From positions 1 to 64,000 of the forward strand of contig CM039009.1 of assembly GCA_017499595.2 (NCBI GenBank): a stretch of DNA of 64,000 bases, written 5' to 3'. This DNA comes from Psilocybe cubensis (lineage: Eukaryota). Shown here one piece after another: positions 19,601-32,147 of the stretch. A model generated the notes under the pieces. It had not been told where the DNA came from. It was given only the letters and a program-made list of their open reading frames with translations, and made no database searches. How positions within the stretch are numbered: position 1 is the first letter of the stretch; each line of letters opens with the position of its first letter. The translations under genes were made by a program, and so were the position numbers.

Positions 19601-20147
19601 TCTTGTACTTAAAACCAGGTTTGATCAGGTATGGAATTGGTTTTCAGCTGCTGAACTTGGAAAAACTGTTACCGAGTACTGGTCGGCATGGTATGAACAT
19701 GCCGAGAAAGGTCTGTATAGTGCAGACTCGTCCAGACCCCTTATCAAACCAGATCCAAATTACGTTCACGACCTCGATGATGTTCGCCCGGAACTGTTCA
19801 CACAGATCCTCGTGGACGGAGAAACTGAGTTCGTACCGGATTTGAGGAAGATAGGACTACTCGGAAGTCGTTGGATAGTATCGCGAAAGCGCAATACTAA
19901 TCTTTTCGACCTTGCAAATGTGTGGAAGAAAACAGTCTTTCGTAAACTGGATGAAGACATCGCTGAAAAAGGTGGTGTTGTTCCCGAAACTCAAAACGTT
20001 AATGAAACTTATCATTCTGCTTTAGTTGAAGCTGCTGAACAGATAAGTATCGAAAGCGATAACGAGATAATACTTCATAGACGTTCAATCTCACAAGAGA
20101 GGGAACATCCAGAATTCGGCAGAATATCCAAATCTTACAACCGATGA
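16617..20147 (+). CDS. Penelope-like RT polyprotein, copy F, 1176 aa
   Basis: Same RT motifs; uninterrupted ORF. Confidence 0.95.
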   Translation: MSSTYSAAFSRAMSPTLDALTQAVVNNTVFGVNDEAGRHNALIDELATVVIKKIAECRSIDQIVDCVFFDYRAALREFLLNLASWCDKRETVKASLERLELAVSAGNTPNRLRVKAPEFQLTKEFTDAGSAEALRVSSTFSTARDVFQKAINDGAIQAKKDELAFWDDKCALNNCYEAAALIVKTTYDDRKSSYKLPVFSTDNKGVRRITDWIVSPQKKAECSALQTILPAIFSHIKQIVNLRHRALAIKIEKKRSTAATADVEMADATKPGPSIQSLIDKGLNARLKKLNLGSVGKKASSRNPSPIILDTNYYSNYPDFVWPEFVQGSSTSGQESWPFETQVLVDAFAEEAPNQGFQQGRQQEEREGESSRQEQSKGKGKGKSLDARSNVVPFTSVRPAFPNSIPDDILTMTKTDAVSFVHLHTPISFLLAGQYRSSVHCSPGVVVPVDIANDLSLGLNYMFFTLPSQSLIMQAWNDFQRRIRWRIYFLFKEGMNKPFDPDYGVSSKKKEKPPVLPQYMELGLSMGRRYVQRTIASIPEEALTEMRKHAFSPKRDKIRKFLIDNNYVITMTDKNLGLAVSERDWILRNELNLLEDERNYEELEFEVAQEVMKSKMIQMQTLAHTVEDEHLFLYELGLSRFFLSNIPEDGSSFKYPQFHGIPKIHKKPTGFRPIIPCHSVVFNPAAKFVSKELKPIIKSTPSIIHGTKDLFTRLSQLRIDSKRQWYFVTGDVVAFYPNIPLDSCIEIVCSMYEEWLLNTSEENTALAHIKPNSLENNLIKLGIFKRAIEIGNTQLITQHGSRYFRQKNGLAMGVADSPDLANLFGAHFEIKSKILDHPNVAFYGRYIDDCFAIVYAESETLALNLIKETIKFDGCVIEWAVSSSGCQFLDAFIFKESGKLHWKPFVKTGNNRERVPWVSHHPLDVKRGVYIGELSRLAVLCSTKEIYIGAIRDLNALYLMRGYPENLVMSWCKKNIQERWEKRFALRVAEHDESILVLKTRFDQVWNWFSAAELGKTVTEYWSAWYEHAEKGLYSADSSRPLIKPDPNYVHDLDDVRPELFTQILVDGETEFVPDLRKIGLLGSRWIVSRKRNTNLFDLANVWKKTVFRKLDEDIAEKGGVVPETQNVNETYHSALVEAAEQISIESDNEIILHRRSISQEREHPEFGRISKSYNR

Positions 20148-20856
20148 AAAGAATACTAGCGCGTAAGGCGTAAAGCATTAGAAAAAAACCCTAACCGTAA
20201 GTATTCCTTGCTATAAAGTAACAAACATCTACTTACAAGCAACACATTGGATTGAATAGCTAAACCTAAACCCTAAACCCTAAACCCTAAGCCCTAACCT
20301 AACCCCAACCCTAAGCTAACTAAGTCTAACCTTAGTAGGAAGTAAGGTAGGCGTGTGAACTTCCGAACGGCATGTGATTGTGAAGGGCCGGATCTAATTT
20401 AGTACATGGGAAAAGTTACTTAGTACCTCGGGAAAAGTTCCTTAGTACCGTGGAAACATTTTTGATGGACCGGATCATGAACTGTCCAATTAAGATTCAC
20501 AACAATCAATCATTCTATTTTTTGATTGTTAGGTAAGGACCCAGGTAAGCTATTTATACTCTTGACATGAGAATATTCCCATGTCGCGGTTACTCGGAGC
20601 CATGTAACCAGAGTATTCTATATCCATGTGATTCACATCACAGTCAATAACCCACGATGTCAAAGAACAAAAGTGTTGGATCCACTTTTGACAGGTTACC
20701 ATGTGCCACATCGACCCGTGACACTCTGTTCATCAGAAACCTGTCTAACTTGACAATAAACATTGACAGATTTGTGATAGTCGGTAAGATACATGACAGC
20801 TGCGCAGCATCACTTCACGCGCTGTCATCGGATGTCTAGAACATTCCTTCTAAGAA

Positions 20857-20923
20857 TAGCCACTGAAGAGTCTATAAAGACGAAAGGGCTGGCCGTTTGT
20901 ACCCCCAAACAGCCCTCTGGCTT
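20857..20923 (+). ncRNA. Type I hammerhead ribozyme, intact
   Basis: Full core; distal stem III tttg/caaa. Confidence 0.9.
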
Positions 20924-21017
20924 CTTTCCATTTAACTCACAGTTTAAACAAGTCGCTCGCACCTCGCTTCGCTCGGTGCTCGCTCCCACCCTAAACCCTA
21001 AAACCCTAAACCCTAAA

Positions 21018-22043
21018 CCCGAAACTCAAAACGTTAATGAAACTTATCATTCTGCTCTAGTTGAAGCTGCTGAACAGATAAGTATCGAAAGCGATAACGA
21101 GATAATACTTCATAGACGTTCAATCTCACAAGAGAGGGAACATCCAGAATTCGGCAGAATATCCAAATCTTACAACCGATGAAAAGAATACTAGCGCTTA
21201 AGGCGTAAAGCATTAGAAAAAAACCCTAACCGTAAGTATTCATTGCTATAAAGTAACAAACATCTACTTACAAGCAACACATTGGATTGAATAGCTAAAC
21301 CTAAACCTAAACCCTAAACCCTAAACCCTAAGCCCTAACCTAACCCCAACCCTAAGCTAACTAAGTCTAACCTTAGTAGGAAATAAGGTAGGCGTGTGAA
21401 CTTCCGAACGGCATGTGATTGTGAAGGGCCGGATCTAATTTAGTACATGGGAAAAGTTACTTAGTACTTCGGGAAAAGTTCCTTAGTACCGTGGAAACAT
21501 TTTTGATGGACCGGATCATGAATTGTCCAATTAAGATTCACAACAATCAATCATTCTATTTTTTGATTGTTAGGTAAGGACCCAGGTAAGCTATTTATAC
21601 TCTAGACATGTGAATATTCCCATGTCGCGGTTACTCGGAGCCACGTAACCAGAGTAATCTATATCCATGTGATTCACATCACAGTCAATAACCCACGATG
21701 TCAAAGAACAAAAGTGTTGGATCCACTTTTGACAGGTTACCATGTGCCACATTGACCCGTGACACTCTGTTCATCAGAGACCTGTCTAACTTGACAATAA
21801 ACATTGACAGATTTGTGATAGTCGGTAAGATACATGACAGCTGCGCAGCATCACTTCACGCGCTGTCATCGGATGTTCCAGAACATTCCTTCTAAGAATA
21901 GCCACTGAAGAGTCTATAAAGACGAAAGGGCTGGCCGTTTGTACCCCCAAACAGCCCTCTGGCCTTCTTTCTATTTCAAACTCACAGTTTAAACTAGTCG
22001 CTCGCACCTCGCTTCGCTCGGTGCTCGCTCCCCCCCTAAACCC
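21018..22043 (+). mobile_element. PLE copy G, heavily 5'-truncated (last ~54 codons, 3' UTR, repeat with hammerhead 21899-21965)
   Basis: Telomeric tract joins at ccc|gaaactcaaaacg through CCC microhomology with the ORF sequence gttcccgaaact. Confidence 0.88.
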
Positions 22044-22065
22044 TAAACCCTAAACCCTAAAAACT

Positions 22066-22188
22066 AACAGCCCTCTGGCTTCTTTCCATTTTAACTCCCA
22101 GTTTAAACTAGTCGCTCGCACCTCGCTTCGCTCGGTGCTCGCTCCCCCCCTAAACCCTAAACCCTAAACCCTAAACCCTAAACCCTAA
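22066..22188 (+). mobile_element. Most proximal mini PLE 3' fragment plus the last telomeric tract (22148-22188)
   Basis: aacagccctctggc...gctccccccctaaa(ccctaaa)n, followed by unique DNA. Confidence 0.85.
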
Positions 22189-23548
22189 TGAGTTAGGGGG
22201 AAAGTGCGGCGGACCAAGTCACATTGACTAACAACCCACTTGTCCAATATTTTGCTGCGGACCGATAAGAAGAGCGCCGAGCTGCGGCATCTGCATGCGC
22301 CCCTACCGCGGGAGTAGGACTTCGAAAAGAAAGCCTAGCGTGAGAGAATCAGACACTTAGCATGGACACTTCAGACAGAGACAAAGAAGAGTGGTCTGAA
22401 GGTAGAGTAGGGGCACAGCATCAGGCAGCGTCGAGAGAGAAGGGGACGTATGAGCAATAGGGAACCCCTAGTAAAAAGGGAATATGGCTTACTCCTTTGG
22501 CGCCAGATTCGAGAATAATAAGACCACATGAGCATGGCGCGATGACATGTTCAACATCAAAATTTCCTGGGGACAGGGGTGAGCAGTGGATAAAATTGAG
22601 GTGAGATCAGCTGGAAAAGAAAGTAATCTCCTAAAAACTTCTAGATAAAAGTAGTAGAGAATTGAAGTTGATTTTTGCGCCCTCTCACCTTAGTACACGT
22701 GCCAGTGGAAACCACAAGCCACAAGGGAAGTTGTTGAAATAATATATAAAAATATTAACTACACTACCTACAATGAACTAAGTTACTTGATAATTTATTG
22801 CTGGAGAACTTGGTTAATTATCAATAAAGCAAGTAAATTACCCAGATAAACCAACTAACGTAAGGAGTTATTTGTGTGCGTATGTATGCAGTTCCGAGCT
22901 CATCCCATGAACAAGCTTTCACATGGATATATATATTACATCTCATCACTCAATGCACGGCCAGTGTGAAAAAAAAACCTTGCATAAGGATGATAGTTAT
23001 CTATTTGTTACAGCGTAGTGATAAAAATCATTGTGCAACTTACTTAGATATAAGCCAAATTCATACGATTATATTTTTTTACTCAGACGAAGTCGTCATT
23101 CTCACGGTACGATTATTCATCAAATGGCGGTGGGTGCACCATATGCACCGACTAATGTATGTTTTCCATGCAGCGGTTAACATACACATCTCATGTATAG
23201 TTTTTGCATGCCAGAAAAAAATGAAGACTATAACACTCAACTAGTATGTAAAACATACGGCAGTCGGCTCACGCCGCAGTAGCCATACAATTTTAGGCAA
23301 CGGGTAATCAAGCTCAAGTTGATGCAACCCGTATGAAGCTAACGAACACTGGGAATATCATTCAATAATATCCACTTTTCACAAAGACCAGAATCCATAA
23401 TGGTCAACTGCTGCGAGTGGCTTAAAATTAGTGCGCCATAGACTTGGTATAACTTCAAAGTAAACAAGAACGATGACTATAAAGAGTGCCCCATGGATTA
23501 TAATGACAGCAGGCTTTCAGGAAACAACTTTCAAGAAGCTTGTTTTCA

Positions 23549-24048
23549 ATGCACTTCAATTCTCTCGTAGCGTTCACCGTAGCTGCAGCAGCCGTTTTTG
23601 CTGGCGCAGTTCCTGCACCGGTGAGGTAGCCTTCTTTACCTTACCACCCATCATCTCATAATATCTGCAGACCAACAATGGCGGCATCATGTCCCTTGAA
23701 GAAATGAAAGCCTGGGTCAGTGCATTACCACCCGACGAAGTTACTCTAGTCGGGGACCCCTTCGCTGCCCTCTCTTCGCGCGCTGCATTGTCGGTTACTG
23801 TCACATTCTGCAGCACCCAATCTAGCACCATATGCACCGGTCCGTGCACCGTCAAGACAGTCGCTGGTGGCACCTGTATCGCAGCGCCGGACACCAACTG
23901 CCTCAGTGCGACTAGCCAAGTCACATTCTGCGATCGTAGTGGATGCGGCGGAAGCTGCAACGAGCTTAATTCCTGCGGAACGCGCTTGGAAAACAATTTC
24001 TGCTTCACTCCAGGAACCGAGTCAATTGGTGTCCCCGCTGGATCGTAA
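23549..24048 (+). CDS. Small secreted cysteine-rich protein (join 23549-23620, 23671-24048), ~149 aa
   Basis: Signal-peptide-like MHFNSLVAFTVAAAAVFAGAVPAP, a 50-nt GT-AG intron that keeps frame, and 10 Cys in the C-terminal domain. Confidence 0.85.
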
Positions 24049-27000
24049 ATAACGGTGTAGTGAGTACAAATTTTCAACACCGCGGATATTCTCATGCTGT
24101 TTTTATAGTGGCAAGAACAGTATCCCACTAAGAAATTACTTACAATAAAAAGAAACAAAAAAAGACAAGCATTGAGGAAATGGAGAGTCATTGATGTCAA
24201 AGATAATGTTGTGTCACAGAACCGAGATATATAAAAAGAAAAAGAAATAATAAATTAACCAAATCGTTGTGCTCCGTTTATCTGGTAGGCCCTGACCGCA
24301 CCAAACCAGTCACTGTGTTCACGCCCCGATGCCCATGGGCTTCAAATACGCTCTCGAATTGGTCTAGAGTAGCGCGAGCTCGGGTGTTGATATGCGCGTG
24401 CACTACGTCTTTGCCTCCTATGTGATAGATGGCGATGGGATCGCTCGGCAAGCGGGATTGAGAGAAACACGCAGGATGAGACAAAAGTGGCTAACCCAGT
24501 GCACAGGATTGCTTACATGCACTGTGAAGGTAATAAGCATGAAAAAATGCGGACGGTTGTGAACAAAAACCGCACACAGGTGGCGAATAACCCCGACGCT
24601 AATGTGAGATCCTCACTAAGCACTGGAACGAGCGAATGAGGCATTATCTTTCCACAACATCATGCGGATCTCAGGACTTGCAGCACCGATGCGCATGGAC
24701 AGTATGCATCCCCTCTTAAATCCCGCCATTTCCCCTCCAAAGACAGGCTAGGCCAGTGACATGGCACGTAAGTATGCGATCACCCAAAGCGGTCTGATAT
24801 CCAACCTGCCCACCACTGATCCTCTCGCTCTGAATAGTCCATATGCAATGTTTCGTTTGCTCGACGGATGGGTTGAAAGGGACTCAATGCGCCTATTCCA
24901 GGTGGTAAAAGGGTAGTCTGGGTTTCATGAATGGATTTATATTTGTGCTTTAATTTGGACTGATGTAGAGACGGGAAGGAGTGCGCGTGTGGAGGGGTTG
25001 GTACAAGAGGTGAACGGGTAAAAGGGTTGGACGAGAGTGTTTTAAGCCATCCTTAATCGCTGACCGTTGTGAGATCTAAGTGAAGCAATGGAGATAGAGA
25101 CGATGGATTCGTTCGAGTTTATAATGCGCAGGTCGAGGTGTACGCAGTCCATGGCGACAGCGCAACTGATGAACTCACTTCTCTACTCACACTGTTGGCC
25201 ATATGGTGCGCGGCTCCCGTTCCTTCCCTCCCAATGGCCTTCCAAGTACATATCTGAATCATTATCCCGCACCTTCTCATTCTCCCTCCGTCTCCCTTAC
25301 GCGTAAAATTGTCGGCGATAGTGGTGAATATCGAGATGTGTGGACGGGAGCGGTAAGCGAAACCTCGGTGGTGCATTTGTTTGCGCTTATTGTTTACAAG
25401 CACAGGGGCGTGAGAAGTCGAAGTTGTACACGCAAAACCACAAAACACAGGGGTGTCAATTCAGCTAGATCATCCATCTGCTCTACCTCCGCCTGCTGTA
25501 AACACATTTGCTCTGACAGAATTCTTTCCTAAAGATACGGTGATTACACCAAAAAGTGACGAAGAATCTGGCGTCATGATTCCCAGTGTCCATATCGAGT
25601 TCGTATTTCATCATCTTCGTCAACTTCCGCATACATTCTTCCTCCCGCTGCATAGTGCGTTCTCCTCCCCCTTGTTTCTTCCCGCATTATTGCACTAACC
25701 ATGTCACACATTCTCGCATTTTCTTGAACTCTCAGCGCCTCGAGTCATCAGCTGGTACTGTCCTAGATTTCCCTACACACAAGCCTCACCAGCTCCCCCC
25801 TCTTCTACAAATTCCGCAGTCGACAATTCGACCACCAACAATTCCAGACGATCAAGACGCAATGAAAGCAAAATAACGATGGATGTAAATGACGGGCGCT
25901 GTGACGAGGTTTCTTCTCTGTTGCTGGAAGAGCATGAATTATGCGGCATCTTAATTGCCAGAGACGCGCAAACGAGAACGATGGTGAGAAGTGAAAGATC
26001 TTGCCTATTTCATATCTCACACCCTCCGGACGTCGATCCACTCCACCAACACCCCAAATTCTCGCAGTTTATTGCTTCTATACTACTTCCGCACCACCAT
26101 CACTCAAATTGACCACCCAAAGCACACGCAGTCTACGTGTGCCGCCTCAAAGGCCTCAACCCCCATCTCTCTCCTCAATCACATCATCAACCTCAACACC
26201 ATTACACCACCTGAAACCTCACGTACACCGGCAACCTATGTCGCAACCAATCCTCCCACACATGACTCAAAGCACCCTGTGCTCATCTTTATGCTTGACC
26301 TGACACTGCCGCGCGGGGTTCTGCGTGGAGTGTGTTGATACGGGTTTACATTGTGCCGTCCATGGAATTGACGGTTCTGATGAGTTTCTCGACAAACGGC
26401 TTCAATTATACGTCGACGAGTGGTGACTTTTGGATGAACTTGGGTGTGCGAATGCGTGTGGGTGAGTTGATGTGCGGATGGGGGAAGACAAACGACAACG
26501 GAAACACACTACAGCTTCGGCACGGCGTGTACACGTCAACAACAGAGATGGTATAGTATCCACCCAGAATACGCAGGAAGAGAAGTGACAGCCAGAGGAT
26601 TGCGGAGAAACAGATAGACGCGCATCGTGTGTTTCTGCAATGTGTACAGCCAGGACACATACCCCTAACCTCAAATTCGTGTTTTGTGTCGAACACGCAT
26701 CCTGTCGACGTTGTGATACATGTAATCGACTCAAAAACGAGATTTCAAGCACTGGGCGAATGCATTTCGGAGGTTTTTGACGACGGGAGCATGGAAACGT
26801 GAGGAAGGGAGCAAGACCGAGGGTACTTCGTATATGCGCCATAGCACGCTGGCTGACGTATCTCAACAGATGGACATGCTCGGAGGAGAATGCACTGACG
26901 CCTTACAAAATGTCCAGAGGAGCTGCGCACAGTATACGGAGAGTCGGTGATTGACTTGGTGTAGCTGCTGCGGCGTCCATGTTTCGCGTGCGGCGGTTCC

Positions 27001-27852
27001 GGGTGCGAACGATAGTAAAGGGTTGGGAGAGGGGGGGGGGCGTGGTGGTGGTTGAGGTATGCGAGACGGTTGGAGAGTATGTCAAGCACTCACCGAACTT
27101 GTCAATGATTTCTCAATCCATCGTCCCCTCCCCTGACCAAAGTCATCCTGCTTCACAATCCACCACGTCCCCTGCATTTTTTGACTGCATTTCGAGCTTC
27201 TCTTCGTTTCTAATCGTCGTTTGAGTGGCTGGTATAGTACTGAATGGGGACGGCAATGGAAAAAAAGGTAAAAGCACAGAGCAGCCCGGCGAGTTGTTTG
27301 GCCTTGCTGTTGTCAAGCGTATTCAATTTCAAACTCCGCTTTCACGCGTCCACAGCGCCGCACGGCCGCGGTTACCACGACGGTATCATTCACCTCGATT
27401 ACCCTTCTCTACTTTTTTTTATCGAGCTAATAAAATGATGTCGTTTGTGTTTTAGGATTTACATTACAAATTGTACACCATGAATAGGTCTGCCCTGTTG
27501 GTCAAAGTTGCACTTGAAAGTCGACTGTTCATGTTCTCACGCTCATCACTCAAAATAAAGGAGACAAAATAAAAACAATATATATAATCTAATCAGCCTC
27601 CATCGACTGGATCGATGGACTGATAAGATACTAATGTTAATTATACAATACTCTGCAACTTCAATCACCGCTTTTGCCTCTTCCTTTTCCCTACACCCGC
27701 CTTGCCCTGGGAGCAAATCTCCTCCCGGGTTCTGAAGCAAGGGTCTCTATCACTTCTATGACCCTGCATTTTTCGCGGCTGCTGTTCAGTCTCCCCACTA
27801 TCCCCATCTCCAGTTGACCCCCTCATCTCCGACTCCCTGTATAACAGAACTG

Positions 27853-28635
27853 TCAGTGCCATAATATCGAGAGATAGAAATCCACAAAATACCTTCCATC
27901 TTCATTTGGGCTCGGTGCCGGTCGAGGCATCTGCTCAACGGGAATGTTATACCCGGAGCAGTCCCCGCGGTGTTGTTCCCGGTGCTGGGAAGTCCTAAAT
28001 TGTGTGTTTTCTGTCTCTCCGGATGGACGACAGAAAGCGCTTGCATCTTCGTTACCACTGTTTCTCGGTACAGCTACCCTGGACGGCCTATTCGCCACGT
28101 TGTACGGATGATGTCTGTCTGACGCCGCCTGGCTCCGCATCACGCCCTGTGAACGCTTCTCTCGGGAGCGGCGTGACGTGCGAATGAGAACGGCTGGGTC
28201 TACCGTTCCAGTAGCTAGGCTTGCCACGACAAGATGGTCCACAATTAATGACTCGGACTCATTGGCGATATTATTGTGATCTTGGGACTCGTCTCTGACT
28301 TGTGCAAGTCCGCGTATCACTACAACATCCGCTGACGAACGGAAGAGTCTTGTGGAATCCACGTTTGGTGTTGCGTTTCCAACGTCGACGGTATGACTTG
28401 AAAACTTTGCATAGTATATCTCCAAGATGTCTTGTGGGGTAGGTCCCACCAACGACAAAATATCAGTCCAAGGTTGGGGGTCGTATTTTGACGACGATGT
28501 CGCCTGTGGCGCCACTACATATGTTGTGGCACCAGCACTGGAAGAGTTTCCAGCAGATTGAGGTAATCTGGGCGTGCTAACAGGAATACTTTGGGAGGAG
28601 TGAACGTGAACGATGTTAACGTTGAATGTAGACAT
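27853..28635 (-). CDS. Hypothetical Ser/Thr-rich protein, 260-aa ORF
   Basis: Longest ATG ORF in the region; no motif recognised. Confidence 0.35.
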   Translation of the reverse strand: MSTFNVNIVHVHSSQSIPVSTPRLPQSAGNSSSAGATTYVVAPQATSSSKYDPQPWTDILSLVGPTPQDILEIYYAKFSSHTVDVGNATPNVDSTRLFRSSADVVVIRGLAQVRDESQDHNNIANESESLIVDHLVVASLATGTVDPAVLIRTSRRSREKRSQGVMRSQAASDRHHPYNVANRPSRVAVPRNSGNEDASAFCRPSGETENTQFRTSQHREQHRGDCSGYNIPVEQMPRPAPSPNEDGRYFVDFYLSILWH

Positions 28636-30434
28636 TGCTGAGTGCTTGAAAGTGAAAGGACGAAGTGTAAGAAAGAGGTAAGATTATGGGTGTTTGGGAA
28701 TCAGATACGATTGCTCATTCCGTATTATAGGTATAGAAGCTACTTCTCAGCACGTTCCTTCCATGAAGGGGAAGTGGCGGGTGTGAATTGTAACCTGCCT
28801 GAGGTCGCATGTCTAAAACTAACCTCAAGGCGCGGAATTCCAGTTCCGTGGAAAAAAATATACATTGTTTTAGTCGCCGCATGTTATCCGGTCATCAGTT
28901 ACCATCCTAATCCTTCCGATTGGATGCTGCGCTCGACGGAGGAGTGACTGAGCATGTTCAAGCCACGATGTGTAGAGTTAAATGAAAGGTATGAGGTTCA
29001 CGTCACCTCGCAAGCGATCCGCAGTACAAACTCACTGCTCATATGTGTATTTGAGGTGTGAACAAGGCATACAGGGACCGGATGGATGATATGCTTGGTG
29101 CAATGTGTCTCGAATGATTGGAATATTTTGTACCTTGAAACCAAACAAGTGAGAGCGTCTAAAGCGTTACAACACGTTTTCCCACTTACGCTCAGATCTA
29201 CTTGCATGCTAAAAACCCCACATTAACGTTAAAGCTCAAGATAGCAGGCTTAAAACTTGACTTGACCCATTGGTGGGTCCGTGTGCACCTTTACATCGAT
29301 GCAAAAGCGTCACAGCTAACACGGGAAACGTGTCAAGAAGTGAGTAACGAATAAATATCTTCAACAATGAGTATTAGAGATGTACAGAAGATACGCTAGA
29401 TTAAATGATACTGCCGTTTGCATGACATATAGAAGGTAGGGCGGCCCGCTACGAAGGATGCCAGCTTGGTCTAAGCCTGCGTATGTATCGCATCGACTGC
29501 ACCCAAATCAGTTGCCGGGGTTGAACCCATTTTCCAACTTTCAGTTTAGACACTGTTCCATCCTTCAGAGTAAGCATTAGGGAGGGGAACCACCATAGGG
29601 AAATGAATTGCATGTGACATTAAACGACAAGGAGAGATAATTTACCTTGAAAAGACACACAGCATCCCTTGCTCATCAATAAAAACCCAGAGTGTAGTCA
29701 ATCCAGGTGTCTATATGCATTATACTAACGCTACTCGCGTACGATATTCACCTCAAAGTTATTGAACCAAGGAAGGATTAATCCGACCATCGTCAATCTC
29801 TGCCGCCATGCAACTCCCAGCCTGACAACCACGTTGAGAAGAGGCAAAAATAATTAAGCGTCTCTGAGAAGCGCTTACCCCTGCTCGATAGAGCCCACAT
29901 TCAAGCGCGCATCATCTCCACGGCGTACATGATCCGTCCTAAGATGAATTAAGATACCAATCATGATACACATGGTTCATTCACCTATTGTGTTTATATT
30001 TTTTGAGACCAAGTTACGATACGGTGGCGTCAACGTACATTTCCCTGCCATTCCTGAGCTACTCTGAGGTCCATGGAATGGTACAAAAACGGCTAGGCCT
30101 CAGAATGATGTGAATGAATGAGAAACAATGGGCGCTTATATGCGGGTGTGAACACACTTCTGGGGCGATAATGATGGGATAATAGAGCGTCTCGATGCCA
30201 GGAAACAAATTTCATTGCTAAATTGTGAGCTTGTGCAATAGAAAACGGGTGGAAGTGATATCGAGGAAAGGTTCCTGAGAAACCATTTCATTTACAGAGA
30301 ATATAATACGTACTGAGAGGTTATTATCTCGTTCCGCTTTTTGATCAAACGCCTTACACCCGTTGCCTGCTGCCTTTCGGACGGTGGAACATTATTGATT
30401 TGTTCTCAGCTTCCATTATCTTTGTGTTGACGTG

Positions 30435-32147
30435 GGTTGAGCAGACAGAAGGGTGGATGATATTGGATTTCGATGGGGACTGAACGGGGAAATTGGTGAC
30501 AGAATCCGAATCATTATGAGTCCGAGGTCCAAACAGAGTAGCATTTACGTGCCTATAACTATTCCGTCATGCAACACCAGCTTTTTGTCTGTTTTCGTCA
30601 CGTTCTATACGTTGAGTGTGTGAGTTTAAGATACATTGTCTAGGCGCAAGCGTGCATGAACGTAGGAGAATGGTTGATATTGTAAGCAAGGATTCAAACG
30701 AGAGGAAAAGCAAAAAGAATCAGATTTTTGTGAGAGACTTACTACAACCTCCAAATGCCCGTGTGTTCCATCCTTCGCTCGACCTATATCCAAAGCAGGA
30801 GCATACATTCAATGTTGTTTGAGAACGTGGTCATGTCCTATAGCCCCTGCGGAGTCTTCTCCAATTCTCAGAGTCAACGGTAACAGTGCCGTAGATTCGA
30901 CCTCGTGCGCCCAGGATTTCGAATAGTAAGGCTGTTTCCAGGATGATGCGAAGGTAATCAAAAGGTCTGGAGCCTTGGAGGCGGAGGTTGATATATTGGT
31001 GTGAAGGCGGCATTGATGACGGGATGTTGAGATAGAAGAGAACGGATCAATGAGAAGTGTGGTCAGTGACAACGAGGGTAACGCGGTGTGAAGGGACATA
31101 CCGTTGCTGTGTATGAGCTACCTCGGATGTTAACAGTACGGGGGAACGGATAGTAAACCACTTACCAGTAAACCACTTACCAAGGGCGTGTTCCCCTGGT
31201 CCCATCTAACTCCTGACCGTGTTTCGCTGCCCGCGTCGAGATGAGTAAAGGCCCGTCAGCTATTTGTAAGCGCCAATACGTTTGAGTTGTTGTCCGACGA
31301 ACACGATCGATGAATTTTCAGGCGCTTTGATCTTTATATTGACTTAGGTTGAGCAGAAAGAGGGGTGGATGACGGTGGATGTCAATCAGGAATGAGAGGC
31401 GAAATTGGCGACAAAATTTGAATCGTTAGGAGTCAGACATACACATAGAGTATCAATTACGCACATATAACCATTCTGCAATGCACCACCGGTTTATTGT
31501 CTGTTTTCGTCATGCTCGTTACGTTGAGAGTGTGAGTTTGAGGTACGTCGGCCAGACACTAGCGTGCATGAACGTCAAGGAAGGGTTGAGGGCGTATGAA
31601 AGGATTCGAACATAAGTAGAGGCTTACCATCACCTTTAACAGCCCATATCCCATCCTTCGTTGAACTGGGATGCAATCCCAAGACACATTACTTCACGTG
31701 CGGCATACCTTCGATGTCGGTTGAAATGTCGACGCGTCCAGTAACTTTTGCAGGGTTTCTAAGGCTTTCAGAGCTAACAAAAAGGGTGTCATAGAGCCAA
31801 ACTCATTCCCGGAACCTTGAATACGGAGGCTGGTTCCAGGGCAATATGAAGGTACCCGAATGTTTGGAGGTGGGGGTTGGTATAGTGGAGTGAAGGCATC
31901 ATTGACAATGCGATGACTAAAAGGTGGAGAAGCGATGTGGGTCTTCATGACGAGGGAAAGGGGATGTAAAGGAGGACTCCATCTCTGTGCGCGCATGTTA
32001 ATAGCACGGAGGGACTGAAAGCAAACCACTGACGAGGAGTGTGTTCCCGGGCCCTCTCTAACTTCCGACAATTTTCAGCTTCCTGTGTCGAGATGGGGGA
32101 AGACGTGTCAGCTATTTGTAAGCGCCAACGCGTTTGGGTTGTTGTCC
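30435..32147. repeat. Diverged tandem duplication, unit ~0.9 kb
   Basis: ggttgagcaga..gggtggatga at ~30436 and ~31347; gtcagctatttgtaagcgccaa at ~31255 and ~32107. Confidence 0.75.

Larger units (their letters stand above)
14922..20998 (+). mobile_element. PLE copy F: 5' repeat with group I intron, full ORF, intron-less 3' repeat
   Basis: Same architecture as copy A. Confidence 0.9.
128..22188 (+). mobile_element. Tandem telomeric array of an endonuclease-deficient Penelope-like retroelement (Coprina/Athena-type)
   Basis: All units share one orientation with the 5' end toward the telomere. Units are separated by CCCTAAA tracts and many are 5'-truncated. The RT has PLE motifs and no GIY-YIG domain. 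Confidence 0.93.

Noticed and set aside
24278-24900. Possible MFS remnant on the minus strand (AGWISDRFG)
   Set aside because: A single short motif followed by a stop; no gene model can be supported.
29400-30300. Exon-like fragments on the minus strand
   Set aside because: Multiple stops and no recognisable family.
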